A stretch of DNA of 64,000 nt from Lingula anatina (Eukaryota; Animalia; Brachiopoda), in assembly GCA_051362555.1 (NCBI GenBank), contig CM120649.1, forward strand, positions 3,658,001 to 3,722,000, given 5' to 3'. Both the position numbers and the translations under genes were made by a program. Position 1 is the first letter of the stretch, and each line of letters opens with the position of its first letter. Of this stretch, positions 27,701 to 39,700 are shown piece by piece. The notes under the pieces are model-generated. The model did no database searches, had not been told where the DNA came from, and saw nothing but the letters and a program-made list of their open reading frames with translations.

Positions 27701-30700
27701 ATAGGCCCTTGGATTTTACCTTTGACCTTTATTTCAAGGTCAAACCTGCCAAAATTTTCAAAAAAACGAAATTTTTTACAAAAAAAATTTATTTGTGCTA
27801 ATATTCAGAAACTACACAGACCTTAACTATAATATTATTGGCAGGTGTTACAGTTCAGGTCATCTTTCATCTCCGTGAGTTTGGGGTCAATCGATGCATT
27901 TTCACGGGAGTAGCAGCCATAAGATACCGAAACTGAAAACTGTCTCTTATTCAAGAACCGTTAATGCTAGAGACCTGTTCTTTTTTGCATTTAGTAGAGC
28001 ATGTCAAGCCCAACAGTAGGGGTGATCTCCGTTTTTTTTTTTTATTTCCATACGGTTTACGAGTTATGCTGTATCAAAAAGTACATTGTGGTGGTGAAAG
28101 CAAAATGTGCAATACGGTAATTTGTAATAAATTTTGAACCCCTGGAAAATAAAACATAAGGCTTGGCGAGGTAGACAACTTCTGGTCAAAAATGACATTA
28201 TTTCATGAAAATTGAACATCTGGAACTTCTGAACACCTCCCATTTCAAGAATTTTAACCAAAATGACCTTTTCTTTATTTCAATTAATTTTTTTTAACTA
28301 TTGAATTTGAATAGGAAGGCATATATTGGCAATCTAACTGTGACCTTAAAATTGACCTTTGACCTACTTTTCACCATAAGCTGAACTTTGCAACTTTTTA
28401 AATGCTTATACTTTCAAAACTGGCAAAGATACTCTGAAGTGCCAAATAAACGTGCCGGCACGGTTATTTTTATGGAACACCTCACGCAAAAAATGCAGAC
28501 GTCAATTCAACAATCTATCGGCACTATTTAACAGCCAAAACCTACTTTAACTATCTAGACTTAATTCTACTAAATTAGTTTTGGTCATTTAAATCATTCG
28601 TCAAAATCTAACAATCAATAAACGATTCAAAAGTCAGTTACCGCAACTCAACAATCAGTTACCGCAACTCAACAATCAGTTATCGCAACTCAACAATCAG
28701 TTACAGCAACTCAACAATCAGTTATCGCAACTCAACAATTAGTTATCGCAACTCAACAATCAGTTACTGCAAATGGTCATTCGCGGACTTAACACCAGAT
28801 GGCGCGCGCGCACCGTCAGCGATCTGAAATGTCCTTGACCTTTTCCATGGTTAATACGTGGTGCCTCAATTTGAAACCATTCAGCTTTTGTGTTTTTAAT
28901 CTCCTAATACTTTAAAAAAATCAATAAAGCTAATAAATAGGCCATCGACAAGAACCTATTATATCGTATCTTTTATATTAATTATTATTACATATCACAA
29001 TAATAAACGAGTCGCCTTTTGATGTACGCCCGGCTATAAACTCTATTTAAAAATATCAATTTTTATGAGATTCGTATTGTTTGGTTCCATTGCCTCGCTT
29101 TCAAAAAGTAAAACAGGCGCTCCAAAATCGTAAGACGAAGTTAAAAATTTTATATTGGCCGAGTTCGCCCCCAACTAGAATGTGGTTACATGCCTATACG
29201 TCCCCGCACCAATACTCCCCCGCACCGATACTCCCGCGCTTCTTTACATCCCTGCACCAATACTCCCCCGCAACGATACTCCCCCGCTTCTTTACATCCC
29301 CACATCGATACTTCCCCCCACTGATACTCCCGCGTACCAATACTCCGCAAAAACACTACTCCCCCAAAGCAAAGATTCCCTTGGCTTTGTAAACACAATT
29401 CGTGATTCAAAACCCTTTCTATAATGCTTTTTTTTTCAAGATGCACCACCCTCTTGGGACCCATAATTGACACATTTTATTCGAAATATATTGGGGAAAA
29501 TAAAGAACGTTACACGAAGTCGATCTCAGACTTTGTGTGCAGCTTGACAGTACATAGGCCTACAGCTCTGCCTTGTGATTTTTGAGAAATGTTTTTGCAA
29601 AATTAATATTGTTCTCCTGCTGTAGTTACCGTATTTATTTATTTTCTTTATTTACTTAAAGCAACGTTAGTTTTAATCTAAGATAAAGCAGCTATGTCTT
29701 TTCTTCAGGCAACCATGATTTTGTTAAATTATTAAGTTTTCTTCCTCCAACCTTCTTTTCTGCTCTTTAAGCTTCTTTCCCTTGTCTTTTGGAGGCATAT
29801 TAGAATCTGAATTGAGCAAAATTCAAAATTTTTTGAAAATTGTCGGACAACGAAATTGTAGAGACACAAGCATGCGTCGTGAGCACACCTTTTATTCTCG
29901 CAGTCCCGCCATGTTTTCGACTTAACACATCATAGATGTGAGGGCATGCGCCGTACTCAACATGCAAAGGGCACTTTCTCTTTCATTGCTTGCGACTTGC
30001 ATCTTGGACCACGCAAGTCTCACTTGCAAACTCCTCGCAAACTCCTTGCAAAAAGAGCAAGTTACGCTTGCGGCCTCGCTGTTTGAAGATTATTTGTAGA
30101 ATCTATTGGAAATGTTCAGTATCCTCCGTACGTGCTTACATACGTGCGAACTCGAAATTTCGCATAAAGGACTTGCGTGGCACATGAGATTCTCTGCAAA
30201 ATTTGGAATCAAATGGGTGGAAAGAGCCCGTGCAGCCGGTTGTGACCGAGACTAATGTGTTGTCGCCCAAGATTTTTTTAGGAACTTTGCGGCTTCTTTT
30301 GTACAATACCGATGTTCAATTGTAAGCATAAAGGCCCCGCCCTAGATTTTGACCCACTTACGTAGACTGACCCTGACCTGTATAATTAAATGGAGGGCTG
30401 ACTCTCCGTTACCCAGACCCTCAGTTTCGTGGAAATTTCATAGGGGGAGTAATGATGCGGGGGAGTAACGGTGCGCGTGTAACGGCAATTTTAGAGGGGA
30501 TTTATCGATGCGGGGATCTATCGGTGTGGGGTCGTATCGATGTGCATAATGCAAAAATTTACTAAGGGGAAGTATCAGTGCGGGGGAGTATTAGGGCGGG
30601 GGAGTATCGGTGCGGGGGAGTATCGGCATGACCCCCTTGAATATCCTCACAGCATTATCTGCAATTAACCTTCCTACGATTTTTAATGTATTTTGCAATA

Positions 30701-33700
30701 TAATTTTCATTCCTCCCGATGAATAATTTTATTAATCAAGAGTGGGGGAGGGGTGGAAAATCCCCTTGGTGCCACATATAACACTATAAATGCGCAAGGA
30801 ATTCCCCTATTACAATGAAGAGAAAATAAATGTTTATTTCAAACAGCGTACTTTTCGCGCATGCGCAGTAGTTTAAGACCTATGCTATTCCGCACATTAT
30901 GCGAGTAGGCCCTACATGTGGTTCATTGCCATTTCTAATTTCAGTATGATGTGATTGAATGCAATCCTACTATAATATACTTAACTATATCATGACAATA
31001 CGAACACGATGAACCACATGTACTCGCATAATATGCGGAATTGAAAACATGGAAAAGGTCAAGGACGTTTCAGATCGCTGACGGTGCGCGCGCGCCATCT
31101 GGTGTTAAGTCCGCGAATGACCATTTGTGACAACTGAGTGTTGAATTACGGTAACTGATTGTTGAGTTGACGTCGGCATTTTTTGCGTGAATGGTGTTCT
31201 ATGCATTCCTGCCATTCATGCAAAAAATGCATTGTTGAGTTGCAGTAACTGACTTTTGAATCGTTTATTGATTGTTAGATTTTGACGAATGATTTAAATG
31301 ACCAAAACTAATTTAGTAGAATTAAGTTTAGATAGTTAAAGTAGGTTTTGGCTGTTAAATAGTGCCGATAGATTGTTGAATTGACGTCTGCATTTTTTGC
31401 ATGAATGGCGTTCCATGCATTCACGCCATTCACGCAAAAATACATTGTTGAGTTGCGGTAACTGACTTTTGAATCGTTTATTGATTGTTAGATTTTGACG
31501 AATGATTAAAATGACCAAAACTAATTTAGTAGATTTAAGTTTAGATAGTTAAAGTAGGTTTTGGCTGTTAAATAGTGCCTGAATGGCCTTCCATATACAT
31601 TTTTTCCGGAAATTATCCACTCGGCACGATCTTATTTTCTCCGGCACATTTAATAATTTTCCCCAAATTTTAAACACAACACGGGGAGGTTTTCTCTTTT
31701 GTTAGCATATATGCAACAGTGACAACACATTTCAAGGAAAACCAATAGGCCTATTGTCTAGAGAATCACAGGAGTGATCATTGTTAGTAAAATGCATTTC
31801 AATTCAAAAATCTGCTTGATTGTACCATTTTTAGCTATATTTTTTTTCATATTTTGAGAACTCTTGTTGATTGCATTTTATAGAGCTTGTCAAGCACAAG
31901 ATTGGTGGTGGTGTCCCTTTTTTTTGGGGGGGGGTCCATATGAATGCATTTACTCCAGCTGGTGGTGCAATATCCGAAGGCGGTATCGCCTCTCTGATCC
32001 TCTAGTTAATTTAGTTAATTAATAAGCTCATTTCTCAGTATTATTAATTTGCTCTTTTTGCTTAATTTTCATAGTTACTAATTGGTTGATTGATTGATGG
32101 GCTGAATTTTTATTATCAATTAATTATCTAATTTGCAGAAGCAATGGTTACGTAAGATTATTTATAATGACAACTTTTATCCCGGTACACACATAATACA
32201 ACTAGTAGTACACATTAAACATATTTTAAAAATTGAAATGGTGAGAATAAACATTGATTCTACCATTTGAAACACATGTTAAAGATTAAGATAATGAAAC
32301 TATTTAAATGCTTCTACTTTCAAAACTGGCAAAGATACGCCCATAGTTAGTATTGAATTTGAATACTCTGAAGTGCCAAATAAACGTGCCGGCAGGGTTA
32401 TTTTTTTTCCGGAAATTATCCACTCGGCACGATCTTATTTTCTCCGGCACAATTAATAATTTTCCCCAAATTTTCCATACGAATTACTAATTGGTTGATT
32501 GATTGATTGATTGATTGATGAGCTGAATTTTTATTATCAATTAATTAACTAATTTGCAGAAGCAATGGTTACATAAGATTATTTATAATGACAACTTTTA
32601 TCCTGGTACACACATAATACAACTAGTAGTACACATTAAACATAGAAGACATTTAATATTTTAAAAATTGAAATGATGAGAATAAACATTGATTCTACCA
32701 TTTGAAACACATGTTAAAGATGAAGATAATGAAAGATTTAGAGCTAATTCTTGATCTTACATTGAAACATATATCAGGACATCTCAACCTTATCACAAGG
32801 CTTTCTGCAGGTTCATATTTCGCTATCATGGTGCAATAGAACTGGATGAATCAAAACTTTCACTTTGATACATTTTATACATTGTTAACACTAATGGGCC
32901 TGATTTGGACTTAAAGTGCACTTTCAGGTCACAGTTTTACATGGTCTCAAACCATGAGTAAGATCATTACTGAACTGACTTCTGTTGTGAGCAGAGTTGC
33001 GCATGCCCTCCATTATGAGGGGAGGAAATTGCTTGACCACTTAAGTATTTGTTATTTAAAATATTTTTTTTAATCTTAAAAGTGGACTCAGTCATTTTAA
33101 GACTATTGCTGTAATAATTAAGACCATGTAAGATTATTTGTGATCTAAACTTGCACGTCAAGACCTAATCAAGTGCACTAGTGTTAATACTCCATCTTGT
33201 CAGTTATGAAGAACCACAGTTGATATACTATAGACAAGGGAAATTGTAAACAGCTGCAAATATTTCTTCAGTTAAGTTTTTTTTAAATCATCAAGGGAAA
33301 AAGAGATTGTCATCTGATCTTTTGCCTGCCTTATTCTTTCATCTTTAAATTTTTTGTATCATTAATTATTCTGCCATCAGGTATTAAGGTGGTATTACGT
33401 GACGTTAGGTAAGTTTTAGCGCTGTGATAAGATGCTATCAAGAGTAAAGGCTGTCTGTTGCTTAGACAAAACTTGACTTTGCCAAGTTTTATAGTCTTAA
33501 TAAGCTCGCTGTTATCATTGATTATATAGTCTATGAGCCAAATTGAACAAATTGTTCCTTTCTAGCTTGGGAAAGAGTTAATTTGTACCAGAAATGCTTG
33601 AAATCCAAGATGGCCGCTTCGGTGTTCATTTGTTAAGAAAAAACATGAAAATTGGCTTCTGAATGACTTAAAAATTTGCTGATATCAGAATTTGCACAGG

Positions 33701-36700
33701 CCATTTTTGACAAGGAGCAAGATACTGAAACTGCCTGCTCTTCTGAAATATTCTCCCTGTTAGAAATTTTCTCCTGCATTTAACTTTTAGCCACTTCTTT
33801 TCCCACATATTTGTTTTTGAAAAAATTTTAAGAAGTAATTTTTTTGATTTTTTACTGGAGATGTGAATTGAAAAATGAGAAAGAAATTACAGAGAAACAA
33901 TTCTTTAAATTTACCAAATATTAAGTAGAATAAAAATGTAAATGTGATAAATATAATGGAGTTAAAGGTTAATTTTAAATTACAAACATATTACATGAAA
34001 AAGAATAAAAGCTTGCTTACCTTGACTATCTTGATGGCTTTACATCAGTGGACTACAATCAAGTTTAAGCAAAAATGTCTTTGGTTAAAATTCTCAAAAG
34101 TCATAGCATCTTCAGCCTCAGAAAACTTAGGTCAGTGTCATTTAACTTGGATCCTGCTCTTTGTTCAGAAGCAAAAGGCAAATCAAAACAATTGCCAAAT
34201 GTTCCTTTCAGTCAATGTCTATGTCAGTAGAAAGGGAAATGATTTCTTAAAGACAAAAATGAGATTTTTTTACCATTGAAGCACCGTCTTTAACACAGGA
34301 GACAATAAACCCATTTCATCAGATTCAGATGTTAATATACTGTTTTAGTCCACTGGCTGATTCTCCTCATGGGTTTTACCATAAAATTATCCTAAGTAAG
34401 AAATACTCACAGATGTATGTGTAAGTGCACTTTGCTGTACTCTTGTGCTCATTTGTGAGTTCAACGCCTTTGGATCTCTGGAGAACGTAGAACAGCGTTG
34501 ATCACCAGTTAGCTGCATGCTTGTGTTAGGCATCAATGTTGCAGAAATGAGAAATCCACTTCCCCATTATACCAATGAGATAAATTATCCAAAAATACTA
34601 CTCACTATATATCATGTAAATTAACTTTTCACATAGCAGTGGAGGGCAGCAGCGTACTAGGTAGTGCAAATTGTTCTATATAATTAGCCTTTGCCATTTG
34701 TAGCCAACAGTTGTTTTTCATGCTTAGCCTAACAGAAATGCCATTTTTATGTGAAGATGTAAAAATCAAATTCAAGACTCTCAATGAAATTGTGCATTAA
34801 TTTTTTTCTCAGTGGCCAAAGAATTGGTTGTTAAATCTAAATTTCTAATTGTTATTAGTTAGTTTTGATGGACTTTCACTAACCAACACTCGGTCAATGT
34901 GGGCAAAACAAATGGCTATGAAGTTGGGAACATTTTCTCATAATAAAAGCTGATTCCTAACTATTGTTCATATTTTTTTTTATTGGGAGCACACAAATTT
35001 TATGATTCAAGTGAGAAACAGATTGGTTAGTAGAGAAAATAGCACAAATAGGATTGACTGTTGGTGTGCCTATTAATTCAAGGATTAATTACCCCACTTG
35101 GGTTGACGCACAGAGTAATAACATATGGTTAATTTGTGTATAACCACCCTTAGGTGTAGGAGTCTGCTACCAGTACTTTTAATTAATGGTTAGTTTATGA
35201 GTTGGAGGAAGGGGAAAACCTCTCCAAGAATGCCCCGGGTGAGGTCTTTGAAGGTGTGTTAACATCAGATCTCAGTTAGACAAGGAAAATGTGAACATCT
35301 TTCCAGGAATGCCATGTATGAGGTCTATGGAGTTGTGTTTACTTCAGATCTAAGTAAGACTGAGGAAAATGTGAATGTCTCTCCAAGAATGCTTTGGGTG
35401 AGTTCTATGAAGTTGTATTTACATCAGATTTTAGTTAGAATGGTAGAGGATTGTTAAAATCATATCTGAAGCTGGAAGAAATGAAAGTTTCTCTCAGAAA
35501 ATGCCACAAGAAAAAAATTTAGGCTCCATTTTTTTTTTAAAGTTTCCCTCTATAAGGAACCATACATAAATTTATTAGAATGTCACTTTTTAAGGGTGAT
35601 GTTATTCATTAGCAAGGACACATGTCAGTGTTCACAATGTGAAAGGTTGAACCTTTCTGAAAACCCATTCTGCCCTTTTGGTAATGAACAAGATTAGCAT
35701 CATTTCCTACTGCGGTGTCAAAACTATAAACAAGACAGAGCTGAACTTTTCTATACTGCCAAAAGTATCAATATCAATTTAGAACATGCACTGACAAGGG
35801 TGATTTGTATAAGTTGTTCCCTTCCAAAAATGCCACAGTAAAAATAAATTCTGAGATGGAATGCTGCTTTTCTGGTTTAAATTATAGGATATATAGGCTA
35901 AATCTTAACACTAGTTGACATTTATGTATTATACAAAAAAAAATCAACACAGCATAGATGTATTTGATGGCAATAAAATCTCACCATGTACATCAACTTG
36001 TACAGGGGGAAATGAGAGAAGTTCTTCAGAAATACCATTTTGTAGAACTCCAGGGGGCAAAGATATTAAGAGAAGAAAAGGAAACTGAAGACATGTTTAC
36101 ACCATGTCTTACTTAATAGACTGAGAAGAGGCAAATGGATTTTAGCAGGCTTTTAAGTGACTAGAGCCAATTTAAAGATACACGTATGGTAACTACATGC
36201 ATTTGTAAGGATCAAGTTAGTGGTCTGTATAGGTTTTCACACCAGTAGGATGCAATTTATACTTATAACTTCAAGTATTTTTGGTACAATTGCAATTTTG
36301 ATATGTGATGATTTTGATTCTCATATGTGTATATTTTTAATATGGATCTAATTTTTATATACTATGACTGTGAAAATCAACTTTTTATTTTTTAATAAAT
36401 AAACAATTACTATTCAAAATTAATGTTGAATTGCAATGTAGAAGAAAAGTTAAGATCAACTTTTGGACTTAATTTCTTTTAGCATGTTTCAGGTCCTAGA
36501 CTGTCACCAGGCAGAAAATGATTTAATGTACGTCTGCTCTCTGCAAAAATCAGTGACAGAGTTAATGAAGTAGCCAATGGGTGTGCAAAAATAAAGTGTG
36601 TGTGCTTAACACTACTAAATTATTGATAAGCTACTAAATTATTGATAAGCTACTAGATTATTGATAAGCTTGGTAATAAATATCATAGCAAGTAAGGACA

Positions 36701-39700
36701 TGGAAACATACTTGCTGTCAGTCTTCCAAATGTGGTGCCATCTAGTGATCAAGGCAGGTTGAGTATGCCTGCAACAGTCTCAAAAAGAGTCATTTTTTCT
36801 GCAGCTTTTTAAACTGAATATCCCAATATTCCCAATATTTCAGTGATAATATGTAATTGACAAGCTTCATTTTAGATATCAACTTATTTATTTTGTTTAT
36901 CTGATATCCCAACTTTCCCAATATTTCAGTGATAATGAATTAATTTAGATGTCATACATGTGGCAGAGAAGGCCATGAGAGTAATTTCACACTTGTCAAC
37001 ACGCCACTAACTGGTGCTCAAGTTGGGATCAGAACAGACTGATAGTCATCACCAGTGTCTGGAAGCTCTTTTATTTTTATTTTTTATTTAAAAACAATGG
37101 ATCCTTCTGGGGTTTTTATTACTTCTTGATAATAATTCATTGTACCTGATTACCTGTTGGGAGAGGAGGCAGGTAGAAAAAGGTTGGCAATTTTATCGGT
37201 CCTTAGCCATTTGGTACATTGGTTCGACAGTAGAAAACAGGTAAAAAATCTTAAATGGTCCACTTAAAAAAAAAAAAGAAAAAGACCCTGTCCCTCCCTC
37301 CTAACTTGCTGGCTGTAGAACTGATCTGTGTTTGTGTTGAAATTAGTATCATTCAAATGTATTTCTACCAAAACTTCAAAGTGCCATAGTTCATGGTAAG
37401 CACACCATAATATGTCTATTCCTCTTCCAGCAGTCACTATGGAGCACGGCACAGGCACAGTGGACGGGGGACGGCCAGTCAATGTGGAGTTCCACACCCA
37501 CACTGTCAGCTACGCAGAGAAATTGTTGCTCAAGAAGCACAGGAGGACTGAACTGGGTGAGATGCCCCCTCTTGAACTGTCCAATATATCACCAAGGCAA
37601 CAGCCACTAAAACAGTCACCAAGGATAGAGCAAATGTATACCGAGGATATAGAGGATGAAGGTTATTATTCACTTATTTTATGTTACTTATTCAGTAGAA
37701 TAAGCCGTATGTTCTTGTAAAATATTTTTGGAGGCATTTTGTTCTTAGTCATCAGTGGTATCATGTTAATTGTATATTAGAAAATGACTATATTTGTGTT
37801 TTTAAAATATTATTAACTTTATTTTATTATTTAAAGAGCCCGTCAGAGAGGTAAATTTTAAATTTATGAATTTTTTATCTGTATGTGTATGTAAGTGTAA
37901 GGGACTCAGTCAAGTAATCAAAGTCCTTAGGTGAAGTTACTGTACTTTTTTACATAAATTATATACATAAATTTTAGATATATTTATACGTTGGTTAAAT
38001 AATCACTTATCCCATACTGGTGTTCTTTACTGTAGAGATAAATCAAGGGGATCGTGTCAACTTCCAAGCCTTGTTTGATGCTGTGAAACCATTTGCCAAA
38101 GAGCCCACTTCCAGGCCAGCATCCAGAGTTTCCATTAGTGATGTCAGCAATATGCCAGTAAGTTGTGCTTCTTAGTGTAATGGTACTGTACATCCACAAT
38201 GAATCTATTGTACCAGCTAGTGCGCACTAAATTCACTGGGACTCTTGCTGAATGCAATCAGATTAACACATCTCCTGGCATTGAGTAGAATACAGAAAAG
38301 CTGGAGATTGCTGAAAACATGAGAAGAGGTCATCTGATTGCATTCATTAGAGATTGTGCAGACAAAGTAGTACAATAGATTCTTTGTGAACACACCCTAA
38401 CACCCCATTTCCATAGATTTTTAGATCGATGTATTCCTGTGGGGAGTCTCACTAGATTACTGTCAGCTTGGCCGGCTTAAGCGTCTGTCCCGCCTACTAA
38501 AAGCTGTAAGGGGGTAATTAACTATGGTGCCCGCTCGGCTGACTGCAATTTAGCGTGAACCCCCAGGGAGTTAGGTCGATCTAAATCTTAATCTTTAGAT
38601 CGATCTAAATCTCTGGGAAAGCACCCTAAGAAGATTATGAAAAGCATACAATGCATGTTTGACCTTTATATACCAGTACATTGTAGTAACAAAGCGTTGG
38701 AAATTGTAGTATTTTTTTTCTTAATCACCAATTCTCCCTTTATCCATATACTAGTACTCCATAATGTGTTAACAGTTTGGATTGTAGTTCTGGTAGCCAG
38801 TTGTTGACTTGATCATACAGAGTATCTACAAAATATCATATGACAATTTTTTAGAATAATATTATAAAACTAATCATTGAAGTAGGTGAATCAAATATGT
38901 AATATTCAAATCCACCCACCACTTTGTCTCAGACCACAGAAATATGTTAAAGATTCACAAAGATGTATGACATCTATGGATAATGGTCACTGTGGTATTT
39001 TTTTTCTTCAGATGAACTCCACAGTGGATCAGAGTTCTCATTTTGATGTCCAGGAGGTAGATCCTCCAGAAGCAGCAACTAGCAGTGGTGCCAACTCTAT
39101 CAGTCAAAAACCAAGACAAAAATCTACGCTTTCAGCCAAATCTAAGTCACGCCCTCAGTCAAAAACATCCCCAGTTAAAGACAAAGAAAATTCAGCCATT
39201 AAGGTCAGAGGTCAACAGAGAGAGGGCAGCACTGTTCAAGATGAGCCCAATCCTGCAGGAAGTAGGGTTAGTAGTGCATGGGTCAAGGAAGGAAGAGATG
39301 GGACAAATGTTGACCAAAAGAGACAGAAAACTGCAGGTAGCAAGAGAACATTCTCTGACCTTGAGGTCAACTCAAGGCCATCTAGCAGTGCCAAGGTCAA
39401 AGGAAAGGTTAGCGAGAGACCAAAATCTCGAGCCGAAAGGGCAAAGAGTGCACTACAAAGAAGACCACCCTCTGCAACAGGTAACAGAGTACCTTCACAG
39501 ATGTCAGACCATGGGTAAGTGAAGTATCTTTTTGTTTGTTTGTTTTCTGTTTGTTTTTGTAGATGTAATTTTTGAGTTTCTCTCATGATGAAGATTGAAA
39601 GTATTAATTTTCACTCTTTTAATAAATATTAACAGAGGGTCTTTAAAGTATTGTGTATCTTAACTGGTGATTGATAGAAAAAAATTCAGAAAAAAAATAT

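Larger units (their letters stand above)
28471..31595. mobile_element. Foldback-type DNA element with TATGG...CCATA ends, ~380-550 bp inverted arms and a 6-bp target duplication (IS3EU-like ends)
   Basis: 28471-28849 is the reverse complement of 31048-31595 (right arm internally duplicated). The empty-site copy at 32364-32475 shows a duplication of exactly 6 bp (tatttt/tacatt). Confidence 0.8.
27370..32005 (+). mobile_element. Helentron/HINE (DINE-1-like) non-autonomous element expanded by nested insertions
   Basis: 5' subTIR ttgtaccaccagc followed by its short inverted copy gctggcgataca (27389-27400) and a GTCC/GCC-rich stretch. 3' subTIR gctggtggtgcaa (31958-31970), hairpin aggcg-gtat-cgcct, end CTAG|TT (32002-32007). 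Internal tgacctt/aaggtca motifs. Confidence 0.6.

Noticed and set aside
28635-28770. 21-bp repeats as a CRISPR array
   Set aside because: The repeats are contiguous with no unique spacers, there are no cas genes, the context is eukaryotic, and they form part of a transposon arm.
29081-29473. Pro-rich ORFs in three frames
   Set aside because: Translations of the 16-bp subterminal repeat array; no splice or domain support.
36611-36670. 19-bp tandem x3, and similar short duplications at ~3220-3330, ~7275-7440, ~36815-36935
   Set aside because: Ordinary slippage or local duplications with no further structure.
39085-39586. Overlapping alternative-frame and antisense ORFs over the large ZBBX exon
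   Set aside because: Shadow ORFs of a low-complexity exon; only one frame is splice-phase compatible.
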